Under the pieces are notes generated by a model. It did not search any database and was not told where the DNA came from. It saw only the letters and a list, made by a program, of their open reading frames with translations. This document shows positions 10,101-19,581 of a DNA stretch of 64,000 nucleotides, piece by piece (within the stretch, counting starts at the first letter, position 1; each line of letters starts with the position of its first letter). Made by a program: the position numbers and the translations under genes. This stretch comes from Candidatus Latescibacterota bacterium (lineage in GTDB: Bacteria > Latescibacterota > UBA2968 > GCA-2709665), in assembly GCA_965248435.1 (NCBI GenBank), contig OZ252100.1, positions 1,728,001 through 1,792,000 of the forward strand, given 5' to 3'.

Positions 10101-10287
10101 CCAGCCTTGAGGCCTCATCCTCCTACATGCCGCTCAAGAAGGCTTGTGGCCCCTCTCTAGCACTACCTATCTATTCTAGAAAGACCCCAGATCCTCCGCA
10201 AGGGGGAAATGCCTTAGGCGTGCGTTCCTGTCCTGCATGCCAACGCGTGCCGGTCCCCTCGCGTTTTCATCAGAATTTTCCTGAGGT

Positions 10288-10300
10288 GGAAAAATCTTCC
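10288..10300. promoter_or_regulatory. Putative enhancer GGAAAAATCTTCC
   Basis: 113 bp upstream of the -24 GG at 10401. Confidence 0.6.
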
Positions 10301-10399
10301 TGAAATCGCCCCAGCGTCTCCTTGCTGTCCCCATCCGTCGTCCCCCTGACCCCGCCTGGCCACAGACTCAGCTCCCATTTCGTTCTGATGTACAAAATG

Positions 10400-10415
10400 T
10401 GGCATAAATCTTGCA
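10400..10415 (+). promoter_or_regulatory. sigma54 promoter, block B
   Basis: TGGCATAAATCTTGCA, identical to 2575-2590. Confidence 0.8.
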
Positions 10416-10444
10416 ATATAACCACCTTAGAGCATTGTCAGAAC

Positions 10445-10471
10445 TAAACGTTTTAGGAAGCCGGCCGATAT
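10445..10471 (+). promoter_or_regulatory. sigma28 promoter, block B
   Basis: TAAA-N15-GCCGATAT; spacer sequence differs from copy 1 but length is kept. Confidence 0.8.
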
Positions 10472-10658
10472 AAGAAATAGCAGACGTAAGTCTATATCCC
10501 ACACGAACTCAAGCCCCTTAGATGGTCGCGCCATCCCACAACGGTCGTTTTTCCGCTCTTCCCAGAAGTCTTGAAGACCCGTCTCACATTCTACCAGCTG
10601 TGCAAGTCAGAAAACCATCCGCTCACCGTAGTTGATGAAGTGAACACGGAGCTGCCCT

Positions 10659-12140
10659 ATGAGTCCCGCCATTCGGTCTGAAATCAAAGCTATCCATCCA
10701 TCCGAATTTCCGTATCCCTACCCTTCAAAGGATCCAGCCGGGCGAATCGCTCGCTACGATGAACTGGCCGAACGACGCGACGCGTTCCGGCGGCGCAACG
10801 CGTATTACCACTCGGAAATGGAAAAGGCATACCGGTTCGTCGTTCCAGAGGGTGCGTCCGTTCTTGAGATCGGTTGCGCGACCGGTGATCTCTTGGCAGC
10901 CATGAAGCCCCGTCGGGGTGTCGGAATCGACTTCAGCCCACGGATGCTGGAAGTTGCCAGTTCAAGGTATCCCCACCTCGAATTCCTGGAAATGGATGCG
11001 GGGTCGCTCCTGCCGGCCGAGACGTTCGACTACGTGATCATCTCCGGCCTCCTCGGAGATTTGGACGATATTCAACTCTTCTTCCAGCGACTGCGCCAAG
11101 TTACACGTCCCGAAACCCGAATCATTATCGACTACTACAACCATCTGTGGGAACCGATCGTGCGTCTGGCGGAATTCGTGGGTCTCAAAATGCCCCTGCG
11201 CTACCAAAACTGGCTACCCCTGAGTGACATTGAGAATCTGCTCTATCTGAACGACTATGAGGTTGTGAGAAAGTCACATCGCCTCCTCCTCCCAAAGCGA
11301 ATTCCCCCTTTCACGACGCTATTCAACCGGTTCCTTGCGAAATTGCCGGGTCTCAGAAAACTCTGTCTTGTCACGATGTTGGTGTCGAAGGAGCGAGGAT
11401 GGCTCCAAAATCCAGACGAGTTCACGTGCACTGTTCTTATCCCCTGCCGAAACGAGCGAGGAAATATACACGACGCCGTCAGGCGTACTCCGACCATGGG
11501 AGCCCACACCGAGCTCATTTTCGTAGATGGAAACTCCCAGGACGGGACGCCTGAAGAGATCAACAAAGTCGCGTCGAAGTACCCCGAAAAAGACATCAAA
11601 CTGATTCATCAGGGTGACGGTGTTGGCAAGGGTGATGCGGTTCGAAAAGGTTTTGCAGCTGCCTCCGGAGATGTGTTGATGATCCTGGACGCCGATCTCA
11701 CCGTACAGCCGGAGGATCTTCCAAAGTTCTTTAACGCACTACTGGAAGGCAAAGGGGAATTCATCAACGGCACTCGGCTCGTCTACCAGATGGAAAAACA
11801 GGCGATGCGATTCCTCAATTTGCTCGGAAACAGGTTTTTCGGCGCAGCTTTTACGTGGCTGTTGGACCAGCGCCTGAGAGACACTCTATGTGGTACGAAG
11901 GTGCTGTTCAAGAGGGATTATGAGAAGATCGCCAGAGACAGGGCCTTTTTTGGAGACTTCGATCCCTTTGGAGACTTCGATCTTTTGTTCGGAGCGGCGA
12001 AGCAGCATTTGAAAATCACCGAAGTTCCAATCCGCTACAAGGAGCGGACCTACGGTAGGACCAATATCAGCCGATTCAGCCACGGCTGGCTGTTGCTCAA
12101 GATGTGTGGCGTGGCTATGAGGAAGTTGAAATTTGTCTAA
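10659..12140 (+). CDS. Fused SAM methyltransferase-like domain + GT2 polyprenyl-phosphate glycosyltransferase-like domain
   Basis: N-terminal VLEIGCATG/GIDFS; C-terminal IPCRNE, VDGNSQDGT, GKGDAVRKG, LDADL, DTLCGTK. Confidence 0.88.
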   Translation: MSPAIRSEIKAIHPSEFPYPYPSKDPAGRIARYDELAERRDAFRRRNAYYHSEMEKAYRFVVPEGASVLEIGCATGDLLAAMKPRRGVGIDFSPRMLEVASSRYPHLEFLEMDAGSLLPAETFDYVIISGLLGDLDDIQLFFQRLRQVTRPETRIIIDYYNHLWEPIVRLAEFVGLKMPLRYQNWLPLSDIENLLYLNDYEVVRKSHRLLLPKRIPPFTTLFNRFLAKLPGLRKLCLVTMLVSKERGWLQNPDEFTCTVLIPCRNERGNIHDAVRRTPTMGAHTELIFVDGNSQDGTPEEINKVASKYPEKDIKLIHQGDGVGKGDAVRKGFAAASGDVLMILDADLTVQPEDLPKFFNALLEGKGEFINGTRLVYQMEKQAMRFLNLLGNRFFGAAFTWLLDQRLRDTLCGTKVLFKRDYEKIARDRAFFGDFDPFGDFDLLFGAAKQHLKITEVPIRYKERTYGRTNISRFSHGWLLLKMCGVAMRKLKFV

Positions 12141-12897
12141 CGCAACCATGGACATCTCAGGCCCTCGTCGGCCTGCCAGGTACTCAGGGGAAATTCGACA
12201 CGGCGAAGCCATCGCTGACCGTGCGGATGAAATTTGGGGTTGGGACCTGCCCACTGGACCCGCTCGATTGCAGCGAAGATCAGCCCTTCTGGTCCACCAC
12301 GCCGACATCAACCCGAACAAGAGGGTCCTGGAATTGGGATGCGGCACGGGATGCCTGACGAAATTCCTGGCCAAAACTGGCGCGAGAATCATCGCCCTCG
12401 ATCTTTCTCCTGATCTTCTGATCAAGGCAGAGACCAAGGAACTACCCCAGAACGTTTCGCTCCAGATCGGCAATGCAGAAGCGCTCGATTTTTCAAACGA
12501 GACCTTCGATGCCGTGGTGGGAAGCTCCGTACTGCATCACGTCCATACCGACATCGCGCTCGACGAAATTTATCGGGTACTTCGACCTGGGGGTAGAATC
12601 GCATTTTCAGAGCCAAACATGTTTAATCCTCACATCTTCATTCAAAAGAACATCCCGTGGATCAAGAGACTGTCTGGAGACTCTCCCGACGAGACGGCTT
12701 TTTTCAGGTGGCCGCTATTCAAGATGCTTCAACGAATCGGGTTTGACGACATCAGAGTCTCTCCCTACGACTTTCTCCATCCCCTTCTACCGAAGTTTCT
12801 CATCTCTCCTTTTGCGAGCCTTGGTATGAAATTGGAGCGACTACCGCTACTACGGGAGATTGCCGGTTCGCTCATCATAGGGGCGTTAAAAACTTGA
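12133..12897 (+). CDS. Class I SAM-dependent methyltransferase
   Basis: VLELGCGTG, GNAEAL, FDAVVGSSVLHH, RVLRPGG; alternative ATG at 12148. Confidence 0.88.
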   Translation: MSNATMDISGPRRPARYSGEIRHGEAIADRADEIWGWDLPTGPARLQRRSALLVHHADINPNKRVLELGCGTGCLTKFLAKTGARIIALDLSPDLLIKAETKELPQNVSLQIGNAEALDFSNETFDAVVGSSVLHHVHTDIALDEIYRVLRPGGRIAFSEPNMFNPHIFIQKNIPWIKRLSGDSPDETAFFRWPLFKMLQRIGFDDIRVSPYDFLHPLLPKFLISPFASLGMKLERLPLLREIAGSLIIGALKT

Positions 12898-14624
12898 AGA
12901 TGGAATCAACGCACGAATCTTCAGAAATTCACGGTTCTCCGATCGCTGGAGCCAAATGGTCCAGATACCTCCTTGCCGCGTTGCTGGTTCTGGCTGCGTG
13001 CGTCAGGTTCTACAACCTGGACGAAAGAGGGATCTTTGACTACGATGAAGCCTGGTATCTTCTGGAAGCCAAGACGCTCTATAACACTTTAGAGTTCGCG
13101 TGGGAAGGGGTGACAACAACAAGTGGCCCCAGGCCGGAACTGAAAGATTACTTAAGGGAGCGTGGAACAGTCCCCATTACATCCTTCAAACCCGGACACA
13201 CCCTGCTCATACTGTTGAGCTTCTTTCTACTTGGTCCACACGACTATTCGGGTTTTGCTGTCTCAGCAACCCTTGGGGTCTTAACGGTTTATCTGGTTTC
13301 CAGGCTGGCGACCAAAATGTTTGGGAGTCGCGTTGGGCTTCTAGCAGGCCTGATCCTGGCGGTTTCTCCGTTCCACGTTGGATACTCGAGAGCAGGGTAC
13401 GCACAGGCCAATTCTATCTTTTTCGCTGTTCTTGCAATTTACATCTGGTACATCCAGTATCGTTCGTCTGTTCCGAAAAATAGGCATCTCTTTGCCGCCG
13501 GCCTATCGTTGGGGTATGCGTTCACCTGTCACTTCAACCTGTTCATATTCCCTCCTCTCTTGCTCCTGTGTGATGTACTTGCTGTCAGAAGAAGATATGT
13601 AATACAACTCAAGAGACTCAGTATTCTAGCGATGGGCTTGGTGCTGCCCCTCCTCCTCTTCGAATTGCCAGCACGTCTACTACGACTTCTCGATCGTCTT
13701 CCCTCAGGTCAGCTTACTTATTTTGAGCAGTATTCGTACAGAAGCCAACTATCCCGACACCTACGTTTCTCACTCGAAGGCGCATATGCCTTTCTAGAGA
13801 AACTCTATTTGTCTGAAGGTCTCTTGCTCATTGCCGCAATAACGTTCGCACTGATATTAGGGGCTTACCGATTCCGTCATAGTTTCGAGCACAGATTCAT
13901 TATCAGTCTCCTTCTCGTGCCCGCACTTCCATGGTGCATACTATCGTGCGGGCTACCTCCCCTTTATAGAACCTTCGCAGTTACAAGCCCGGCATTGTCC
14001 ATCCTGGCAGCAGTAGGTCTCTTGCGGATCGTGACACACACGGAAAGGCTTCCAGGTATGTATCGCCTCGTCTTTCCATTGACTTGCGTCTTTGTCTTGT
14101 CGAACGGCCTATACAACCTCAAAGAACTGTTGCCTTTAAAGTCAACTTACAGAGAGGCAACCCACGCGTGGCTCAACTATATAGAAAAGAACGGAGGCCG
14201 TATCTCTTTTCTTCCTGGAAGTGTCTGGCCCATCTGGTATTTCTATCTTTCTACGCTAGCTGAAGATGCCGATGAGGTGGTGGACTTTTATCCCGGAGAG
14301 GAAGACGGTATGCCACCTGAAGGCGATTTCGATGCTCTGGACATAAAACGCTATCAGCGCGCTCTAAAAATTCGGCCAGACCTATTGGCCTATCTCAATC
14401 GAACCCGGGCCAGTTATCGACCGGTTGTACGAATTTTCAATCCCATCTCTGAAAAGCAATTTGCCTTCTCTGAGGTAGGTGGAAAGCAAGCAAAGAAATT
14501 CCGCGATGATCTGAATCAGATTTCAGCTTCAAAAACCATTGAGATCTATGATCTACGCTCCGAACACAGCAAGCAAGGTGTGGTTTCAATGCCAAACTCC
14601 GGAACCAAAAGGGGATATCAATGA
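12894..14624 (+). CDS. GT-C fold membrane glycosyltransferase (PMT/ArnT-like)
   Basis: First TM followed by RFYNL...DYDEAWY acidic loop, KPGH, many TM segments, GLLAGLILAVSPFHV. Confidence 0.8.
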   Translation: MKMESTHESSEIHGSPIAGAKWSRYLLAALLVLAACVRFYNLDERGIFDYDEAWYLLEAKTLYNTLEFAWEGVTTTSGPRPELKDYLRERGTVPITSFKPGHTLLILLSFFLLGPHDYSGFAVSATLGVLTVYLVSRLATKMFGSRVGLLAGLILAVSPFHVGYSRAGYAQANSIFFAVLAIYIWYIQYRSSVPKNRHLFAAGLSLGYAFTCHFNLFIFPPLLLLCDVLAVRRRYVIQLKRLSILAMGLVLPLLLFELPARLLRLLDRLPSGQLTYFEQYSYRSQLSRHLRFSLEGAYAFLEKLYLSEGLLLIAAITFALILGAYRFRHSFEHRFIISLLLVPALPWCILSCGLPPLYRTFAVTSPALSILAAVGLLRIVTHTERLPGMYRLVFPLTCVFVLSNGLYNLKELLPLKSTYREATHAWLNYIEKNGGRISFLPGSVWPIWYFYLSTLAEDADEVVDFYPGEEDGMPPEGDFDALDIKRYQRALKIRPDLLAYLNRTRASYRPVVRIFNPISEKQFAFSEVGGKQAKKFRDDLNQISASKTIEIYDLRSEHSKQGVVSMPNSGTKRGYQ

Positions 14625-15406
14625 TCGCGGCTTTGCTACTCGGCAGAGAGGGAAGCATAGGATTCCCAGGGAAGAACGTGTATCCGGTCCTTGGGCGGCC
14701 GCTTATGGCCTATCCGCTCCTCGCGGCGCAGGACGCCCACTATGTAGACCGCGTTTACGTGTCTACCGACTCTGAAAGAATCAAGCAGATCAGCCGAAGC
14801 TACGGAGCTCAGATCATCCACCGGCCCCCGCAGCTTTGCACAAAAGACGCGCTTTCGGAAGATGCCTACACCCACGGCTACCATCACATTCTTCGTGATT
14901 CTTGTGAAACCGTCGAACTGATGGTCCTCCTTTTCTGCAATGCCCCGACCATAACAGGGGAGCTGATTGACGAGGGTGTCGAGGCCCTTCGAGTCAATTC
15001 CGAGATAGACTCCGCGGTCTCTGTTTCTTGCTACAACATGTGGAGCCCCCTCCGCGCAAGGAAGCTTGGGGAGGATGGCCTGCTCCATCCATTCGTGCCC
15101 TTTGAGTCCATCGGGGATCCCTCGAAACTCAACTGCGACCGAAATTCCCAGGGAGACGTATACTTTGCGGACATGGGCGTATCTATCGTCCGCCCCTACT
15201 GTCTTGAGAATCACCGTGATGGCCTCCTCCCCCAAAAGTGGATGGGACACCGGATCTTTCCACTGAAACAGTGGGGAGGACTCGATGTAGACTCCGAATG
15301 GCAGATACCCATGGTCGAATACTGGCTCAAAGCCCACGGTGTCGAATCAGCGGAGGAGGACGACTCTATTATGACTCGCCAACTCCTCCAAACGCAGCTG
15401 CCTTAG
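14621..15406 (+). CDS. Cytidylyltransferase, NeuA/KdsB family
   Basis: GREGSIGFPGKN, LGRPLM, VYVSTDS, IHRP, LDVD. Confidence 0.82.
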   Translation: MIAALLLGREGSIGFPGKNVYPVLGRPLMAYPLLAAQDAHYVDRVYVSTDSERIKQISRSYGAQIIHRPPQLCTKDALSEDAYTHGYHHILRDSCETVELMVLLFCNAPTITGELIDEGVEALRVNSEIDSAVSVSCYNMWSPLRARKLGEDGLLHPFVPFESIGDPSKLNCDRNSQGDVYFADMGVSIVRPYCLENHRDGLLPQKWMGHRIFPLKQWGGLDVDSEWQIPMVEYWLKAHGVESAEEDDSIMTRQLLQTQLP

Positions 15407-15422
15407 CTTCGGTGCACGTACA

Positions 15423-16565
15423 ATGAGAATTCTGATGCTCAATCACGAATTCCCGCCTGTTGGGGGAGGTGCTGCGGGTGCCACCTCCAACATCGCCCGT
15501 GAATTGGCTGTGCTGGGCACAGGGGTTACCGTGATGACGACCGCCTACAACGGCCTCCCCCGGATGGAGGTCGTGGACGGTTACTCGGTCATTCGAGTGC
15601 CCGCCTGGCGGAGGGAGGCAAGCGAATCACATCCCCACGAGATTGCCTCCTACCTGACGAGTGCGTTCTGGAAGGCCTTTCCACGTTGCTTCCGATCGGA
15701 AAGTGACCTGGTCCACGCATTTTTCGGCGTTCCGTCGGGGGCCATAGGATATGCGCTCAAACGGCTGACTGGTTTCCCATACGTTGTCTCGTTCCGGGGT
15801 CGAGACGTCCACAACGGCAAGGGGCGTGATTCCAACGGCATCTCAGGTCCCCTCCGGGCCATAAGTAAGATCATCTGGCGACACGCTGATGCCCTTGTCG
15901 CGAACAGCCAGGGCTTGAAACAAATCGCCCTTCGTGTCGACCCTGGCATAGACGTTGATGTCATCCCCAATGGCGTCGACACAACCTGGTTCACACCAGG
16001 TCCTTCTGCCCACTCGGACCGCCCCCTGCGTCTCCTCTTTGTCGGTCGGCTGGAATCCTACAAGGGGCTTACCGACCTCTTCGAAGCTCTCCGGATCGTT
16101 GGCACTCGGACAAACAGACCCTTCACCCTTCAGGTCGTCGGAGACGGATCTCTTCGAAACAGCTTGGTCGACGCGGCCGTGAAAAGAGGCCTCGCCGATC
16201 GAATCAGTTTCAGGGGTGCAGTCCCGGGAGCTGAAATGCCTGACGTCTACCGGGACGCAGATCTCTTCATCCTCCCATCCATCGTGGAAGGCATGCCGAA
16301 CGCCGTCTTGGAGGCAATGGCCTCAGGGCTGCCGGTGCTTGCCACGCGTATTCCCGGCAGCGAAGATCTGATCGAGGAAGGTCAGACAGGTTTCCTGGTT
16401 CCCCCCGTCGATCCCCAGACCCTGGCAGATAGACTCTATACATTGATAGAAAACGATAAACTCAGGATCAACACGGGTAGGCGTGCCCGCGGCGAGGCCG
16501 AAAACCGGTCCTGGAGGCAAATCGCCAAATCCTACTTCGATCTCTATAAACGCGTCCTAGAATAG
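15423..16565 (+). CDS. GT4 glycosyltransferase
   Basis: EFPPVGGG, IPNGVD, FVGRL..YKG, EGMPNAVLEAMASGLPV. Confidence 0.93.
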   Translation: MRILMLNHEFPPVGGGAAGATSNIARELAVLGTGVTVMTTAYNGLPRMEVVDGYSVIRVPAWRREASESHPHEIASYLTSAFWKAFPRCFRSESDLVHAFFGVPSGAIGYALKRLTGFPYVVSFRGRDVHNGKGRDSNGISGPLRAISKIIWRHADALVANSQGLKQIALRVDPGIDVDVIPNGVDTTWFTPGPSAHSDRPLRLLFVGRLESYKGLTDLFEALRIVGTRTNRPFTLQVVGDGSLRNSLVDAAVKRGLADRISFRGAVPGAEMPDVYRDADLFILPSIVEGMPNAVLEAMASGLPVLATRIPGSEDLIEEGQTGFLVPPVDPQTLADRLYTLIENDKLRINTGRRARGEAENRSWRQIAKSYFDLYKRVLE

Positions 16566-16631
16566 CCCTGACCTCCTCTGGTAGATTCCAAGCGTAGAAT
16601 TCCGTAGCGAAACCACTTGATTGGACAATCC

Positions 16632-16644
16632 GGAAACTTTTTCC
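16632..16644. promoter_or_regulatory. Putative enhancer (C)GGAAACTTTTTCC(G)
   Basis: Dyad 112 bp upstream of the -24 GG at 16744. Confidence 0.6.
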
Positions 16645-16742
16645 GTATCCCGCCCAAAGATTCATATTCAATTGAGTTGGCTGTATTTCTTAACATACTG
16701 TTTTTATTGCCTATTAATGGGATCTGATTCACGGGCCTCAGT

Positions 16743-16758
16743 AGGTATACGAATTGCT
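16743..16758 (+). promoter_or_regulatory. sigma54 promoter (variant), block C
   Basis: AGGTATACGAATTGCT: GG-N10-GC with TTGCT; AT-rich tract between dyad and promoter. Confidence 0.6.
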
Positions 16759-17030
16759 GACTCTTCCCATCAAGGCTGCCGGAGTTAAACCCCGCCCCAT
16801 CCCTCGAACCTGCCATCCCGCCCGCGTAGGCCCTCCGGTGAACGCCATTCCCAGCCTTCCAACATCCCCTATAGTCGGCTCGTATTCACACCCTCGAAAG
16901 CGACGAATCCACATTTATTCGGCTTCTTTCGAGCAGATCGTCTGAAAATGTCCCCAACGATGCTGAAAAACTTCGTGCCTAAGCTTGACAGGGTTAATGC
17001 AGAACTTCGAACCTGTTTGAAGGGAAAACT

Positions 17031-18560
17031 GTGGATACCAGACGAGGTAATGTCTTAACGCTTGATGAACTGAGTAAGAAGGTGACGCAACTCAAGACTG
17101 ACGGATCAAGGATCGTGATGTGCCACGGTGTCTTCGACTTGATGCATATTGGACACATCCGTCACTTCGAGGAGGCCAAAAAATTCGGAGACGTTCTACT
17201 CGTGACAATCACACCGGACCGATTTGTGAACAAGGGCGTCCATCGACCTGCGTTCCCACAATCCCTTCGTGCGGAAGCGGTAGCGGCTCTCGAGGTTGTG
17301 GATTTCGTCGCCATCAATCCTCAGCCAACAGCTGTAGATACGATTCGTCTACTGAGTCCCAATGTCTTCTGCAAAGGCAGTGAGTATCTCAGCAATCAAG
17401 TTGACGCCGAGAGCAACTTGCATCCTGAGATCAAAGCAGCAGAGGAGGTCGGCGCTCAGATCCAGTACACGAATGGCGTTGTCTTCAGTTCTTCTTCGCT
17501 ATTGAATAGCCACATTCGCACTTTTCCTACAAAGACAGAGGCCTGGCTTGACTCCTTCAGAGCCAGATACTCCTCCAAGGATATCATCGAGAGCCTGGAC
17601 AGGCTCCGATCATTGAAGGTTCTGGTCGTCGGAGAGGCAATCATCGATGAGTATGTCTCTTGCGATGTGATCGGAAAGTCGACGAAAGATCCGGTGCTTG
17701 CCGGCAAGTACACTTCCACTGAGGCATTCGCGGGCGGGAGCCTGGCAGTGGCAAATCATCTGGCGGGGTTCTGCGAACGCGTGGGTCTCATTACCTGTTT
17801 AGGAGAGATAGAACGTCGCGAAGCGTTTGTCCGCGGGACCCTCTTGCCTAACGTAGAAGCAACGCTCCTCACGAAACACAGGTCACCCACGATCCATAAA
17901 CGGAGATTCGTGGACGCATATACTCAGAATAAACTGTTTGAGCTGTATGTGATGAAAGACAAATCGCTCGAAGCCGAGGATGAGGCCAAGCTTCTGGACG
18001 CGTTCGAAGCGCAATTGAAGAACTACGATGTTGTCGTTGTAACAGATTACGGTCACGGAATGCTTACCCCCTCTTCTATTTCGGCACTTTGTGAAAGTAC
18101 GCGTTTTTTGGCTGTGAATGCACAGTCGAACGCGGGGAATCGAGGATTTAATCCGATTTCCAAGTACGGCCGCGCCGACTACGTTTGCTTGGCACATCAC
18201 GAAGTCGCAATGGAGACCCGAATGCGCGAGGGCGATTACAAGGATCTGCTGACTGAAGTTGCGCAGCGGATCGATTGCAGCCGATTCACGGTGACGCTTG
18301 GAAAATCTGGAAGCCTGCACTACGAGGAGAATCGTGGATTTACGGAAGTTCCCTCATTTGCGACACGGGTCGCTGATCGGGTTGGTGCGGGAGATGCTGT
18401 CCTCGCACTTACATCGCTCCTCGTGGCCCAGGATGAGGCCTGGGACGTGGTGGGATTCATAGGGAACGTGGCTGGTGCGCAGATGGTCACCGAACTGGGG
18501 AATCGGGTCCCGGTGAGCCGGGTCCCCCTGGCGAAACACATTATTTCTCTCCTGAAGTGA
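17031..18560 (+). CDS. Bifunctional nucleotidyltransferase (N-term) / PfkB sugar kinase (C-term), RfaE/HldE-like with reversed domain order
   Basis: CHGVFDLMHIGH, VNKG..RP; DYGHG, DRVGAGDA PfkB signature. Confidence 0.88.
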   Translation: MDTRRGNVLTLDELSKKVTQLKTDGSRIVMCHGVFDLMHIGHIRHFEEAKKFGDVLLVTITPDRFVNKGVHRPAFPQSLRAEAVAALEVVDFVAINPQPTAVDTIRLLSPNVFCKGSEYLSNQVDAESNLHPEIKAAEEVGAQIQYTNGVVFSSSSLLNSHIRTFPTKTEAWLDSFRARYSSKDIIESLDRLRSLKVLVVGEAIIDEYVSCDVIGKSTKDPVLAGKYTSTEAFAGGSLAVANHLAGFCERVGLITCLGEIERREAFVRGTLLPNVEATLLTKHRSPTIHKRRFVDAYTQNKLFELYVMKDKSLEAEDEAKLLDAFEAQLKNYDVVVVTDYGHGMLTPSSISALCESTRFLAVNAQSNAGNRGFNPISKYGRADYVCLAHHEVAMETRMREGDYKDLLTEVAQRIDCSRFTVTLGKSGSLHYEENRGFTEVPSFATRVADRVGAGDAVLALTSLLVAQDEAWDVVGFIGNVAGAQMVTELGNRVPVSRVPLAKHIISLLK

Positions 18561-18566
18561 CGAAGA

Positions 18567-19565
18567 ATGAATAAGATTCGCACAGTATTGGTGACGGGCG
18601 GCGCCGGCTACGTTGGTGCGGTCCTGGTTCCCAAGTTGCTACACGAGGGGTATCGGGTGAGAGCCCTCGATCTCTACATCTATGGGGAGCACGTACTGGA
18701 CGCTGTCAAGGGCCATCCGTGTCTCGAACAAATCAAGGGAGATATCCGCAATCGCACCCTCTTAGAACGGGTTGTCGCGGGCTGTGACGCGGTCATCCAT
18801 CTGGCGTGCATTTCCAACGACCCCAGCTTTGACCTGGATCCCGAACTGGGACGTTCGATCAACTATGATGCCTTTCCAGCATTAGTGGAGGTATGCAAGA
18901 GGCAAGGTGTGCGTCGGTTCGTCTACGCCTCGTCTTCCAGCGTCTACGGCGTCAAAGCGGAAGACCAGGTAACCGAAAACCTGCCTCTAGAACCGCTGAC
19001 AGACTACTCAAAATACAAGGCGATGTGTGAAGATGTACTGCTGGCAGGACGCGAACCCGGGTTTGTGACCCTGATCCTTCGCCCCGCGACGGTGTGTGGG
19101 TATTCGCCCCGTTTGAGACTGGACTTGACGGTGAACATCCTGACCAATCACGCGTTCAACCGCAGGAAGATCACGTTGATGGGCGGCGAGCAGAAGCGCC
19201 CAAACATCCACATTGATGATGTTGCTCAGCTCTACCTCCAGTCTTTGAGATGGCCGGATGCACGCGTTGATGGGCAGATTTTCAATGCAGGTTATCAGAA
19301 CCTACCCTTGAGGGAAATTGCCGAGGTCGTGCGGAGCGTCGTCGGTAACGATGTGGAGATTGAGACGAAACAGACGGATGATCTGAGATCCTATCATATT
19401 TCGTCGGAGAAGATCAAGCAGGAGCTCGGGTTCAAGCCCAGCCATACGATTCAGGATGCTGTGAGAGATTTAGTTAATGCCTTTCGGGCTGGGAAGGTTC
19501 TCGAACCCATGGAGGGCATCCTCTATTCAAATATCAAGACGATGAAAGCCATAAAGTTCAAGTGA
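18567..19565 (+). CDS. NAD-dependent epimerase/dehydratase
   Basis: TGGAGYVG, HLACISNDPS, SSSSVYG, YSKYK, RPATVCG. Confidence 0.9.
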   Translation: MNKIRTVLVTGGAGYVGAVLVPKLLHEGYRVRALDLYIYGEHVLDAVKGHPCLEQIKGDIRNRTLLERVVAGCDAVIHLACISNDPSFDLDPELGRSINYDAFPALVEVCKRQGVRRFVYASSSSVYGVKAEDQVTENLPLEPLTDYSKYKAMCEDVLLAGREPGFVTLILRPATVCGYSPRLRLDLTVNILTNHAFNRRKITLMGGEQKRPNIHIDDVAQLYLQSLRWPDARVDGQIFNAGYQNLPLREIAEVVRSVVGNDVEIETKQTDDLRSYHISSEKIKQELGFKPSHTIQDAVRDLVNAFRAGKVLEPMEGILYSNIKTMKAIKFK

Positions 19566-19581
19566 AAGGGGTAACCACCAG

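Larger units (their letters stand above)
10283..10594 (+). repeat. Diverged ~300-bp regulatory/leader repeat, copy 2
   Basis: Collinear with 2460-2760 (see copy 1). Confidence 0.9.

Noticed and set aside
16985-17013. TTGACA upstream of block C
   Set aside because: No credible -10 hexamer at 16-18 nt
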